Assembly: GCA_963748015.1 (NCBI GenBank)
Contig: CAVVHE010000008.1
Span: 544,001 to 608,000 of the forward strand
From: Terriglobia bacterium
Lineage (GTDB): Bacteria; Acidobacteriota; Polarisedimenticolia; Polarisedimenticolales; JAIQFR01
Reading direction: 5' to 3'
Length of the DNA stretch: 64,000 nt
Both the position numbers and the translations under genes were made by a program. Positions 1 to 10,728 of the stretch are shown here, piece by piece; within the stretch, counting starts at the first letter, position 1, and each line of letters starts with the position of its first letter. The notes beneath the pieces are model-generated. The model was given only the letters and a program-made list of their open reading frames with translations. It was not told the DNA's origin and made no database searches.

Positions 1-2414
1 TACCCGCTGGCGTCCGGCCCCACACCGCCCCAGACGATCATCTCGGAGCCCGTCCACACCAGAGAGTGGCCGGCCCGGGCGGTCGGCGCGTTCGCTCCCG
101 TGGAGGTGGGAGACCAGGTGTCGAGCAGGGGACTGTAGCGTCCTCCCGTATCGAGGTAACTCCACGAGTAGTTGCCGCGGTATGCGGCGCCGCCCCAGAC
201 GATCATCTCGGTTCCCGTCCACACCGCGGCATGTACTTCGCGCGAGGACGGAACGTTCGCTCCCGTTGATGTCGGTACCCACGCGTCCAGCGAAGGAACG
301 TACCGACCGCCGGTGACGTAGAACCTGTACGGGCGTCCGTAATAGATGTAGTTGACGCCGCCCCAGACGATCATCTCGGTGCCGGTCCAGACGGCCGTGT
401 GGTATCGGCGCGCCTCCGGAACGACCGCGAACGGGGCCGTGGGGACCCAACTGCCGTCGCTGGGGTCGTACCTCGCGCCGGAGTTGAGGAAGTTCGAGTA
501 ATACCCTCCGCCCCAGACGATCATCTCGCTGCCGGTCCACACCGCGGTGTGACCGGCCCGCGGCGTCGTGGCGGTCGCCGACAGGGCGGTCCAGCTATCG
601 TTTCGAGGGTCGTAACGCGAACCGGAGTTGAGAGGAGCGAAGCCACTTGACCCCCTGCCGCCCCAGACGATCATCTCGGAGCCGGTCCAGACGGCGGAAT
701 GAAAGGCGCGAGCGAGCACGGAATCCTCGCCGGTCGAAGTCGCGACCCAACGGTCCGCGACCGGGTCGTATCGCGCGCCGGTGTTCAGGAAGAAGTAGAC
801 GTCCCGTCTCCCTCCCCAGACGATCATTTCCGTCCCCGTCCAGACCGCGGTGTGTTGTTCGCGTCCCTCCGGGACGTTCGCCCCGGTTGACGTTGCGGCC
901 CAGGCGTCCGTGGAGGGGTTGTAGCGACCGCCGGTGTCGAGATTCGTGATGCCGCCATCGTAGCCGCCCCAGACGATCATTTCCGACCCGGTCCAAACGG
1001 CAGTGTGGCCGGACCGCCAGGACGGGACATTCGCGCCCGTGGATGTCGGTCGCCAGTTGTTCGTCAACGGGTCGTATCTTCCGCCCGACTTCAGTTGGGC
1101 ATAGTCGGCCCCCGTACCGCCCCAAACGATCATCTCCGAGCCGGTCCACACCGCTGCATGCTGGTCGCGCGCGGCCGGCACGTTCGACCCGATCGAGACC
1201 GGAGCCCAGTGATCCGCGATCGGGTCGTATCTCCCGCCGGTATTGAGACGGGTACCGTTGCGGTACCCGCCCCAAACGATCATCTCGGTGCCGGTCCAAA
1301 CGGCGGAATGGCCCTGGCGCGGGTCGGGCACGTTGGCGTCCATCGAGGTCGGTAGCCAGCTGTCCGTCGCGGGGTTGTACCGGCCTCCGGTGTTCTCGCT
1401 GTTTCGTTCCACCTGCCCCCCCCAGACGATCATCTCGGTCCCGGTCCACACCGCGGTGTGGTACGAGCGGCCCGCGAGGAGGAACGCCGTCGGCCGCCAG
1501 GAGTCGTTCGCGCACGGCGCGGAGTGCGGCGATCGGAGCCCATACGGTCCGGAAGCGGGCAATGGGGTCGACCCGAGGGTCGACCGCACCTCGTTCCACC
1601 ATGCGTCGAACGACGTCTTGCGCCAGGTCACGGTCGCCACCGTGACGCTCGTTTCGGTCCGATCGAGGACCGCGCCGACGTAGAACGCGTCCGGCGTCTC
1701 CTGAAGGGGGCTCAACGTGCCGGTCGGAGCCGCGTCGTTCGAGACTCCGAATACCGAGGCGATCACTTCGATCTCGCGGTCCCACTCGTCCGAGGACAGG
1801 GCCTGCACGCGCACGGCCCCGGCGGGCGATGCCGCCTCGGGAGCCCCGCCGTCCTGCAGCACGAAGGTGCTCTCCGAGTATTCACCGCCCATCGTCCTCA
1901 TCTCGGTGGGACTCGTCGTCCGGCCGACGGCCTCCTCCGCCCGACGCCTCACCTCGGCGTGGAACCGCGGGTCGAAGGCGTACCAGTTGCGGAGCAGTCG
2001 ATCCGCCAGCGTTTGTCTGGCGAGCGTCTCCGCGACGACGAGCGCGCTGTTTCCAAGTGCCGTGTACAGCTCTCGCAGCATCCCGCCGTCGTGAGTGTTC
2101 GCCGACATGCGATCCAACTCCGCCTGAAGTTGGACGGCAGTGATCGGCCGCTGCCACCACGTCTCGAGGGCGCTCGACTTTCGGAGATAGTCCTCGACCT
2201 TCGCGCGGACCGCCTCCCGCGGCATCACGGTCGAAAGAGCAGGCTTGGGCCCCGGATTCTCCTTCGGCCAGAGCCTGTGATTCCAGAAGACCCGCTCGAT
2301 CGCCTCTTGCGCCGTGACCCGCTCCTCGAACGTGAGATCGCGGCCTTGAGCGGCGGGAGCGAAAATGCAAAACACCGCCGCGACGAGCAAGAGGCACACC
2401 GACTCTCTTCGCAT
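1..2414 (-). CDS. Secreted Kelch-like repeat (beta-propeller) protein, 3'-truncated at the window edge
   Basis: Absent from the ORF track because there is no stop in the window. ATG at 2414 reads MRRESVCLLLVAAVFCIFAPAAQG (signal peptide), then RDLTFEERVTAQEAIERVFWNHRLWPKENPGPKP, then about 10 repeats of (H/A)xAVWTGxEMIVWGG...GGRYDP. The frame at position 59 (VWTGSEMIVWGG) matches the start frame. Confidence 0.9.
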   Translation of the reverse strand, partial: MRRESVCLLLVAAVFCIFAPAAQGRDLTFEERVTAQEAIERVFWNHRLWPKENPGPKPALSTVMPREAVRAKVEDYLRKSSALETWWQRPITAVQLQAELDRMSANTHDGGMLRELYTALGNSALVVAETLARQTLADRLLRNWYAFDPRFHAEVRRRAEEAVGRTTSPTEMRTMGGEYSESTFVLQDGGAPEAASPAGAVRVQALSSDEWDREIEVIASVFGVSNDAAPTGTLSPLQETPDAFYVGAVLDRTETSVTVATVTWRKTSFDAWWNEVRSTLGSTPLPASGPYGLRSPHSAPCANDSWRPTAFLLAGRSYHTAVWTGTEMIVWGGQVERNSENTGGRYNPATDSWLPTSMDANVPDPRQGHSAVWTGTEMIVWGGYRNGTRLNTGGRYDPIADHWAPVSIGSNVPAARDQHAAVWTGSEMIVWGGTGADYAQLKSGGRYDPLTNNWRPTSTGANVPSWRSGHTAVWTGSEMIVWGGYDGGITNLDTGGRYNPSTDAWAATSTGANVPEGREQHTAVWTGTEMIVWGGRRDVYFFLNTGARYDPVADRWVATSTGEDSVLARAFHSAVWTGSEMIVWGGRGSSGFAPLNSGSRYDPRNDSWTALSATATTPRAGHTAVWTGSEMIVWGGGYYSNFLNSGARYDPSDGSWVPTAPFAVVPEARRYHTAVWTGTEMIVWGGVNYIYYGRPYRFYVTGGRYVPSLDAWVPTSTGANVPSSREVHAAVWTGTEMIVWGGAAYRGNYSWSYLDTGGRYSPLLDTWSPTSTGANAPTARAGHSLVWTGSEMIVWGGVGPDASG
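25..1465 (-). repeat. Coding tandem repeats (about 10 Kelch blades, 150-170 bp period)
   Basis: CCCA(G/A)ACGATCAT recurs near 30, 193, 363, 512, 663, 815, 968, 1121, 1271 and 1421 and encodes MIVWG on the minus strand. Confidence 0.9.
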
Positions 2415-2548
2415 GGAAGCCCCCGAATTCGGTCACCACCTAAGTACGCGGCAGGAGGCTGAGAGTCAACCCGTAACCGCTTCGCGGCGGCGGAGCGCGG
2501 CGAGTAATGGGACCCGAATGGTCCGACTTGCGTCGTTCGTCGCCTCCC

Positions 2549-5500
2549 TCAGAACCTCCGCACGGCCTTGTTGCGCTTGAGCTGCAGGACGCGGATGTCG
2601 GGGTCCACGAGGACGCGGTCGGGCTCGAAGGCGCAGGAGATGACGGCTTCCTTCTCCTCGCCGGCGGCCAGCGCGAGCTGCCGCCGCGCGTCCTTGTAGT
2701 CGGGTATCGGCTTCCCGTCCTTGTCCATCCGCTCGCCCTTCGCGGCGGCGACTTCGAGGGGCATCGTGCCCGTCCCCTCGTTCTTGACCTTCACGCGGAC
2801 CTCCCAGCCGTCGCCCGCGCGCTTCCGGTCCGCCTCGACGATCCGGTACTCGGGGACCACGACCTCGAAGAACCACTGCTTCGCGAAGGCGTCGAACGCG
2901 GCGGGGTCGGGCGCGTGCTCGCGCAGCACCGCGAGGAGGTCCTGCAGGACCGGGAAGTCGGGGCCTTCCTCGTAGCGCCGCGATGAAGTCGCGGAGCCCG
3001 GCGAAGGCGGCATCGCGCCCCATCAGGTCGTGGAGCATGAAGAAGACCCAGCCGCCCTTGTCGTAGGTGACCGTCGTGTCGCCGGCCTTCGAGCCGTCGA
3101 CCTTCACGAGCGGCCGCTCGGAGTCCTTCTGCCGCGAGTTCCCGTAGCTCTCCTCGATCCGCTTGCGGAACTCCATCGCGAAGAGCGGCCCCTTGACCTG
3201 GTCGAGCAGCAGCGCCGCGGAGTAGTGCGCCAGCCCCTCCGACACGACGTTGCCGCCCGGCCCCTTGCCCGGCGTGAGGATGTTCCCCCACCACTGGTGG
3301 GCCGACTCGTGCGCGGTGATGGCGAACGCGGTCGTCGGCGCGCGGGTCGCTCTTGGTGAGGAACCCGATCCCCTCGGAGAAGGTGATGTTCGTGGGGAAG
3401 CCCTGCGCGTAGAAGGCGTGCGCCGGCGAACTCGCTCAGCTTGCAGCTCCTTCCACGGGAACGGGAAGAACCACTCGTCGTAGTACTTCCGCGCGGCCTC
3501 GAGGGCCTCGGACATCTCCTCGACGTTGTACCGTGTGCGCGGGGTGGTAGAACACCGCGGTGTCCCCCGCGCGCTTCACGTCCCACTTCCCGGCGACGAC
3601 GTTGAAGAACCGCACGGGGTGATCGCTCCGCCAGACCGAGGTCCGCTTCCCGCCCGCGACGCTTCTCGGACGCGAGTACCCCGACCGAGTTCGCGACGTA
3701 CTCCGCGGGCACCGTGACCTCGATCTTCGTCGTGAACGACGACGCCGAGCCGAAGAGGGGCTCGGTCACGCCCTTGTAGAAGTCGTCGGGGTAGACCTTC
3801 GGCTCGTAGCGGTTCTTCTCGTCGACGCCGATATCCTCGATGTAGCCGACGACCGGCGCGAAGCTCGGCGAGAAGCTCGTGAGAACGACGCCCGAGGGCA
3901 GGATGAACTCCGACAGCCTGCCGCCGTTCTCGCGAGATCCCGTCGGGGAAGACGCCGTCGAAGGAGAAGCCGACGGTGATCGCCCTGGTCGCGCGCGATC
4001 GGGGCGGGCGGGGTGAAGACGTAGAGGCCGGTGCGGCTCTCCGGCTTGTACTCCTTCCCGTCGAGCGTCCACTTCACGTTCTTCCAGTGGAGGTCCGCCG
4101 GTGAGCGCCACCTGGGCCATCGGCGCGTCGCGGCGGTTCACGAGACGGTAGGTCCCCTCGGTCCTGAACGCGCTCTTTCCCGGCTCGAGCTCGAGCTTGA
4201 GGTCCACCGCGGTGAGATCGGGAAGCGGCGCGTCCTTCCACGTGGCCAGGTTCTGTCTCCAGTAGTCCTTGGCCTTCTCCTTCGCGGCGCCTCCCTGGTA
4301 GCCCTGGTGGACCTTCAGGCCCGAGCGCGGTCCCGAGGACGACCGGCACGAGCAGGAACGGGGCGAATCGCAGCAGGCCCTTCCCAAGCGAGCGCGGGCT
4401 CGAGCCGCTGCAGGGTCAGCGTCGGGTCCTTCGAGGTCCGCGGGAAGAAGCGCACCGCGACCGCGACGAAGAAGACCGTGAGCGACAGGGCGAAGAGGCG
4501 GTTCAGCAGGAACGCCGACCGGTCCAGCTCGAGCGGGCCCATGTCGCTCCAGCGCACCACGCCCCACAGGTCCCAGTTGCCGGCCCAGTTCATGTGGTCG
4601 CGGAACTGCAGGTAGCCGGTGAGGACGATCGCCGCGAGCGCCACCGTGTAGGTCGAGTAGCGGTTCCGCGTCACCGCGAAGGCGGCGGCGACGAACGACG
4701 TCCAGAGGAGCAAGGTGGGGAGGAGCAGGAGCCCCCACACGATCGCGAACGGCGACACCCGGAAGGGGACCTTCCCCTGGACGAGGATCATCACGAAGCA
4801 GACGAGAAACGCCGCGAGGAGGATGACGGCGCCCACGAAGCTGTTGGCCAGCGCCTTCCCGAAGAGGATGGACGCGGACCGCGCGGGGCTCGCGTGCGCG
4901 ATGGAGGCGATCCCCGTGACCTGGTCTCGCACGAGCGACTCGACGGTGTAGAAGAGGAGGAGCAGGCACAGGAGCAGCGTGAGCGTGTTCATGAGGTTCG
5001 CGGCGGTGAGGCCGGGGGTCAGGAGGACCGGCGCCTGCATCGCCCCCACCTCCATGAACTGGCTCGACGCCTGCAGCAGGATCAACGGGACGAAGAGGTA
5101 GAGCCCCGGGGAGCCGAGCAGCTCGCGGAACTCCACGCGGGCGACCTCGAGCATCCCCGCGACGAGTCCCAGGGGCCGGCTGCGCATGTTCAGGCTCGCC
5201 AGCGGGGCGGGGAAAGGCCGGCTCTCGCCAGGGGCGGACGCCGCGAGCTTCTTCTTCCTTCTCGAGGCCTTGCGGACGCCTCGCAGCGTATCGGCGAAGC
5301 GCTTGTGGCTGTAGGCGACCGCGCCGAGGCCGATCGCGGCGAACCCGAGCCGGCTCAGGAGGAACGGCACGTCGAAGCCGATCCTGCCCTCGTTGTAGAA
5401 CTTCACCCCGCGGTCCACCTTCATCCACGTCTCGTTGAGCCACCGGAAGCCCGCGGGGTCCGCCAGCATGAGCAGGCGGTTGATCCGCGGGTCGAGCCAC

Positions 5501-6128
5501 GTGGGGGACCAGTTCCAGAGGAACATGGCGCAGAACACCATCGCGGCCAGCGGGATCACGAACACCAGGATGGGCTTCCGCGTGCGCTCGCCGACCGCGA
5601 AGGCGGTCCCCGCGATGAAGAGGATGGGGGGCAGGCCGAAGGCCAGGAACGGCACGAGGTAGTTGGCGAGGAGGAACGGCCCCCGGATCTCCGCCGCGCG
5701 GTCGTTCGGCAGGAGATGGTTGCAGAAGGCCGTCATCACAGGTGGATCGCCATCACGCCGACGAAGGCGGCGAGGGCCGCGGCGAACTTCCCCCAGACGT
5801 ACTCGCCCGCGGTCAGCGGCGTCGAGTGCAGCAGCTCGCCGACCCGCGACTCGTCGTCGCGGATCACCGCCAGGCCCGCGGCGATCGCCACGAAGAAGGA
5901 GTAGAAGAGGAAGATCACCATGGAGAGCATCAGGCCGTTGGCGAACTGCGACGTGATCCACGCCTTGGTGCCGCCCACGGCCGTGTCGCCCGACTGGATG
6001 CGCGCCTAGCCCGTCGAGAGCCCCCACGCCGTGAAGGCGAGGAGGATCACGAGGACCCAGAGCATGGGCCGCTTCGCGTGCTGGGAGAAGTCGAGGCGGA
6101 AGACCGCGAGCAGGCGCCTCGCGCTCAC
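2549..6128 (-). pseudogene. ABC-2 permease / M1-family aminopeptidase fusion, interrupted by many frameshifts and one in-frame TAG (probably sequencing errors)
   Basis: GTG start at 6128 overlaps the ATPase stop. Fragments in alternating frames give multi-TM permease halves (GELLHSTPL...YVWGKF; ILFGKALAN) and an M1 domain (TAHESAHQWWGN...SEGLAHYS; YDKGGWVFFML). In-frame TAG at 6006-6008. Confidence 0.85.
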
Positions 6129-7018
6129 GACGCGTCTCCGGTGGCGTTCCCGTCGGACTTCATGAGCACGAAGTAGGCGTCCTCGAGCGTGGGGGCGACC
6201 GGCTCGAAGCCGGCCGGCGGGGAGCCGTTCGGCTCGTGGATGCGGACGCGGTTGCGCCCCTCGACGAGGATCGCCTGCGTCACGCTGCGGGTCTTCTGGA
6301 TCTCCTCGAGCTCCGCGCCGCTGACGGCGCCTTCCCAGACCTTCCCGGCGATCGCCGCCCTGGCGGCCGAGGGGGAGGTGACGGCCACGAGACGCCCGTT
6401 CCGGATCACCGCGAAGCGCGAGCAGAGCACCGCCACGTCCTCGACGATGTGCGTCGAGAGGACCACGATGCGGTTCTCGGCCAGCTCGGCGAGCAGGCGG
6501 TAGAAGCGCAGCCGCTCCTCCGGGTCGAGCCCGGCCGTCGGCTCGTCCACGATGATCAGGCTGGGGTTGCCCGCGATCGCCTGGGCGAGGCCGAGACGCT
6601 GCCGCATCCCGCCGGAGTAGGTCTTGACCTTGCGCTTCGCGGCGAAGGTGAGGTTGACCCGCTCCAGCAGCTCCGCGGCGAGCTTCTTGAGGCCGCCCGG
6701 CGCCTCGACCCCCTTGAGCTTCAGCAGGTGGACGAGCATCGCCTCGCCGGTCAGGTGCGGGTAGAAGCCGAACTCCTGGGGCAGGTAGCCGAGCTGCGCC
6801 CAGACCCTCTCGGGACGGCCGACGATGTCGTCGCCGTCCAGGGTGACGGTCCCCGCCGTGGGCTCGAGCAGCCCCGCGAGGATCCGCATCAGCGTGGTCT
6901 TGCCCGCCCCGTTGGGCCCGAGCAGGCCGAACATCCCCTGGCCGATCTCGAGGTCGACCCCCTGCAGGGCGGCCACCGGCCCCGGATAGACCTTCGTGAG
7001 GTTCTTGATGACGAGCAT
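6125..7018 (-). CDS. ABC transporter ATP-binding protein
   Basis: Walker A GPNGAGKT, signature YSGGMRQR, Walker B IIVDEP. ATG at 7018 follows GGAG. Confidence 0.95.
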   Translation of the reverse strand: MLVIKNLTKVYPGPVAALQGVDLEIGQGMFGLLGPNGAGKTTLMRILAGLLEPTAGTVTLDGDDIVGRPERVWAQLGYLPQEFGFYPHLTGEAMLVHLLKLKGVEAPGGLKKLAAELLERVNLTFAAKRKVKTYSGGMRQRLGLAQAIAGNPSLIIVDEPTAGLDPEERLRFYRLLAELAENRIVVLSTHIVEDVAVLCSRFAVIRNGRLVAVTSPSAARAAIAGKVWEGAVSGAELEEIQKTRSVTQAILVEGRNRVRIHEPNGSPPAGFEPVAPTLEDAYFVLMKSDGNATGDAS

Positions 7019-7204
7019 TCCGGCTCCCCCCGCTGCGTGCGGACCCAAATCGTTGATCCTTCCTCGTAGTGTACGCCTCCCGGACGCGGAGGTTCCCCGG
7101 GACGGGCGGCGGGAGCCCATGTAGGGCTAGGATGTAGGGCCGAAACCCGGGTTCCCCGGTCTCGTAGGGAGGAGCCGGGATCGTCCTTTCGAGGAGAAGA
7201 GAGC

Positions 7205-9277
7205 ATGCGCGCTTCGCGATTCCTGATGGCTGCCGCTTCGATCGTTCTCTTGATGTCCCTCGCCCTGGCGGCCGAGCCCGCCAAGGGGAACTCCGCGACG
7301 GTCGCCGCTCCGGCGACGTCCACCGCGGCGGCCGTCTTGTCGGCGATGGACAGCAGCGTCCAGCCGTGCCAGGACTTCTACCGCTACGCCTGCGGCGGCT
7401 GGCTCGACAAGACGCAGCTCCCGGCCGACCAGTCGCGCTGGGGCCGCGGCTTCGCCGAGATCACGGAGCGGAACCGGCAGGCGCTTCGCGACATCCTCGA
7501 GGCGGCCGCGAAGGAGCAGGGGGGCACGCCGGAGCGCGCGAAGCTAGGCGCCTTCTACTCCGCCTGCATGGAAGACGAGAAGGTCGAGAAGGCGGGTGCC
7601 GATCCCCTGAAGCCCCTCCTCAAGGAGATCGACGAGGTCAAGGACCCCGCTTCGGTCATGACGATGGCCGCGAAGCTCCACGGGTACCGGGTCCCGGTCC
7701 TCTTCCGCCTCGGCGCGCAGGGGGACTTCAAGAACCCCGATTTCGCCATCGCCGTCTTCTCGCAGGGCGGCCTCGGGCTCCCCGACCGCGACTACTACCT
7801 CAAGGACGACGACCGCAGCAAGCAGCTCCGGGCGGATTACCAGGCCCACGTGACGAAGATGCTCCAGCTACTCGGCGAGCCCGAGGAGGCGGCGAAGAAG
7901 CACGCGGGGCAGGTCTTCAACTTCGAGCTGGAGCTGGCCCGAGGATCGCGCCCGCGGGCGGAGATGCGCGACCCCAACAAGACCTACAACAAGCTCGACC
8001 TCGACGGCCTCAAGAAGCTGGCGCCCGCGCTCGACTGGTCCCGCTTCCTCGCCGCGACCGGCTACCCGTCGGTGAAGGACATCAACGTCGGCGTTCCCGA
8101 GTTCTTCAAGGGGCTCGAGAAGCAGGTGACCTCGACGGACCCGGAGACGCTGCGCGCGTACCTGCGCTGGCACCTCTTGCGGGCCGCGTCCCCGCTGCTC
8201 TCCAAGGCGTTCGTGGACGAGAGCTTCGATTTCTACGGCAGGAAGCTCTCGGGCCAGAAGGAACAGCAGGCGCGGTGGAAGCGGTGCGTCGAGGCCACCG
8301 ACCAGTCGCTCGGCGAGCTGCTCGGCCCCGAGTTCGTCAAGCTGTACTTCCCCGGCGACAGCAAGGCGATCGCGCAGGATCTCGTCGCCCGGATCGAGGC
8401 GGCGTTCGAGGCGAACCTGCCGAACCTGAAGTGGATGGACGACGCGACGCGCGCACGGGCGGACGGGAAGCTCAAGGCGCTCAAGAACCAGATCGGCTAC
8501 CCGGACAAGTGGCGCGACTACTCGAAGCTCGCGGTCAAGAAGGGGGACTACTTCGGCAACGCGATGGCCGCGCGCCGCTTCGCGTTCGAGTTCGAGGCGA
8601 ACAAGATCGGGAAGCCCGTGGACAAGGGCGAGTGGGGGATGACGCCCCCGACGGTCAACGCCTACTACAGCGCGAACCTCAACCAGATGGTCTTCCCCGC
8701 GGGGATCCTCCAGCCGCCGTTCTTCGACCGCAACTTCCCGATGGCGATGAACTTCGGCGGGATCGGCATGGTGATGGGGCACGAGCTGACGCACGGCTTC
8801 GACGACCAGGGACGGAAGTTCGACCCGAACGGCAAGCTCACCGAGTGGTGGGAGCCGTCCGTTTCCGCCAAGTTCGAGGAGCGGGCCAAGTGCGTCTCGG
8901 ACCTGTACAGCGGTTACGAGGTCCAGCCCGGCGTGAAGCTGAACGGCAAGCTGACCCTCGGCGAGAACATCGCGGACCTCGGCGGCATCAAGCAGGCCTA
9001 CCTCGCCTACAAGAAGTGGGCGGCGGCGCACCCGGAGCTCGACAAGCCGGTGGTGCCCGGGCTGACCAACGAGCAGCTCTTCTTCGTGGGCTTCGGCCAG
9101 ACCTGGTGCACGATCCAGACCCCGGAGTCGGAGCGGATGCTCGTGACCACCGATCCGCACTCGCACGCGAGGTACCGGGTCATCGGACCGCTGTCGAACT
9201 CTCCCGCGTTCTCCTCCGCGTTCCAGTGCGCCGAGGGGACGCCGATGAAGCCCAAGGACGCCTGCGAGGTGTGGTAG
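7205..9277 (+). CDS. M13-family zinc metallopeptidase (neprilysin/PepO-like), secreted
   Basis: Signal peptide; PCQDFYRYACGGW, VNAYY, GHELTHGFDDQG and GENIAD motifs. Confidence 0.97.
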   Translation: MRASRFLMAAASIVLLMSLALAAEPAKGNSATVAAPATSTAAAVLSAMDSSVQPCQDFYRYACGGWLDKTQLPADQSRWGRGFAEITERNRQALRDILEAAAKEQGGTPERAKLGAFYSACMEDEKVEKAGADPLKPLLKEIDEVKDPASVMTMAAKLHGYRVPVLFRLGAQGDFKNPDFAIAVFSQGGLGLPDRDYYLKDDDRSKQLRADYQAHVTKMLQLLGEPEEAAKKHAGQVFNFELELARGSRPRAEMRDPNKTYNKLDLDGLKKLAPALDWSRFLAATGYPSVKDINVGVPEFFKGLEKQVTSTDPETLRAYLRWHLLRAASPLLSKAFVDESFDFYGRKLSGQKEQQARWKRCVEATDQSLGELLGPEFVKLYFPGDSKAIAQDLVARIEAAFEANLPNLKWMDDATRARADGKLKALKNQIGYPDKWRDYSKLAVKKGDYFGNAMAARRFAFEFEANKIGKPVDKGEWGMTPPTVNAYYSANLNQMVFPAGILQPPFFDRNFPMAMNFGGIGMVMGHELTHGFDDQGRKFDPNGKLTEWWEPSVSAKFEERAKCVSDLYSGYEVQPGVKLNGKLTLGENIADLGGIKQAYLAYKKWAAAHPELDKPVVPGLTNEQLFFVGFGQTWCTIQTPESERMLVTTDPHSHARYRVIGPLSNSPAFSSAFQCAEGTPMKPKDACEVW

Positions 9278-9305
9278 TCTGCGCGTTTTCCGGGGGAGCG
9301 GCGAC

Positions 9306-10577
9306 ATGACGAGAGGGGAGGGGCAGTTCGGAGCGCTGGCGGCCGGCGCGGCGATCGCGGCCGCGCTGTGCCTCGCGAGCTGCGGAAACGGGTCGCCGGA
9401 AGTCCAGAAGCCGGCGGCCCCTCCCGCCCTCACGCAGGAGCAGCAGGAGCAGATCGACCGGCTCCGCTCGCTCCCGTACACGGGGAATGCGCCCACCGCC
9501 GACAGCGATGCGGACGGGGTCGCGGTTCTCGACGAGAAGCGCTCCTCGCCCGGCTACAGCCTGTACAGCGTCCACCAGCGGTGCCGCGCGGAGCTGATCG
9601 ACGCGAAGGGAAAGGTCCTGCGAGCGTGGCAGCTAGAGCCGAGCTCGAGCTGGTCCAACGTCGAGCTGCTGCCGAACGGCGACCTGCTCGTCGCGGGTTG
9701 GGACGCGAACGAGCAGGCCGACGCCGGGATCGCCGACGACAAGCGGTACGTGGCCCGCTTCGACTGGAACGGGAAGCTGCTCTGGAAGCGGATGATGCCC
9801 TCCCACCACGACGTCGAGGTGACGCCGGCCGGGGATCTCCTCACACTGACCTTCAAGCGGCGGATGATCCCGGCCTTCGACAAGACGATCCCCGTGAGGG
9901 ACGACCAGATCTCGATCCTCGATCAGAGGGGGAACCCGAAGCGTTCCTTCTCCCTTTTCGACATCCTGAGCGAGGCTCCCGGGATCTTCCCGATCTACCG
10001 GGTGAATCCCAACCGGGCCGCCGGCCCGCCGTGGATCGACCTCTTCCACTGCAACTCGATCGAGTGGATGCGGCGCCCCGACCTCGAGAAGAAGAGCCCG
10101 CTCTACGGGCCGAACAACGTCCTCGTCTGCTTCCGCCACCAGGACCGCATCGCCATCGTGGACACGGAGAAGCGAAAGGTGCTTTGGGCGTGGGGGTGGG
10201 GAGTCGTCTCCGCGCCGCACGACGCGCAGGTGCTCGACGACGGGCACATCCTGCTCTTCGACAACGGGATCGCGCGCGGCTGGTCGCGGGCGCTCGAGAT
10301 GGACCCGCTCACCGGCAAGGTCGTCTGGGAGTACAAGGCTCCGAACCCGCGCGACTTCTTCTCGGTCAGCCGCGGCTCCGCGCAGCGCCTCCCGAACGGC
10401 AACACGCTCCTGACCAACTCCGATCACGGCACCGCGTTCGAGGTCACGCAGGCGGGCGACGTCGTCTGGCGCTTCAACTATCCCGAGCGCAACGAGCGCG
10501 GCCGCCGCGAGACCATCGTCCGCACCAAGCGCTACCCGCCGGAACTCGTGGAGAGGCTGCTCAAGCGCGCGGGCTGA
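9306..10577 (+). CDS. Arylsulfotransferase (ASST)-like beta-propeller lipoprotein
   Basis: Lipobox LASC; HHD, FHCNS, PHDA...LLFDNG and GSAQRLPNGNTLLT motifs typical of ASST. Confidence 0.85.
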   Translation: MTRGEGQFGALAAGAAIAAALCLASCGNGSPEVQKPAAPPALTQEQQEQIDRLRSLPYTGNAPTADSDADGVAVLDEKRSSPGYSLYSVHQRCRAELIDAKGKVLRAWQLEPSSSWSNVELLPNGDLLVAGWDANEQADAGIADDKRYVARFDWNGKLLWKRMMPSHHDVEVTPAGDLLTLTFKRRMIPAFDKTIPVRDDQISILDQRGNPKRSFSLFDILSEAPGIFPIYRVNPNRAAGPPWIDLFHCNSIEWMRRPDLEKKSPLYGPNNVLVCFRHQDRIAIVDTEKRKVLWAWGWGVVSAPHDAQVLDDGHILLFDNGIARGWSRALEMDPLTGKVVWEYKAPNPRDFFSVSRGSAQRLPNGNTLLTNSDHGTAFEVTQAGDVVWRFNYPERNERGRRETIVRTKRYPPELVERLLKRAG

Positions 10578-10674
10578 TGATCCGCCTCTCGTCGATGTCG
10601 CCCGAGCATCCTGCCATCGCCGCGGGCTCCCGGCGGCTTGGTTCGCAATCTGACTCCGAAATCACGCCGAAGTC

Positions 10675-10703
10675 TTGACAAACCGGCGCATGCACCGTAC
10701 ACC
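10675..10703 (+). promoter_or_regulatory. Putative sigma70 promoter of the SBBP-repeat gene
   Basis: TTGACA-N17-TACACC, followed by AGGAG and a GTG at 10729. Confidence 0.55.
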
Positions 10704-10728
10704 CAAGAGCAGTCGCCAGGAGATCGCG

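Noticed and set aside
25..1465. Regularly spaced ~30-bp DNA repeats resembling a CRISPR array
   Set aside because: The period is 150-170 bp, variation falls at third codon positions, and the repeats encode WTGxEMIVWGG Kelch blades. No cas genes are present.
6006..6008. In-frame TAG as possible pyrrolysine or amber recoding
   Set aside because: It is at a non-catalytic position in a gene full of indels. Many other genes here end in TAG normally, and no pyl genes were seen.
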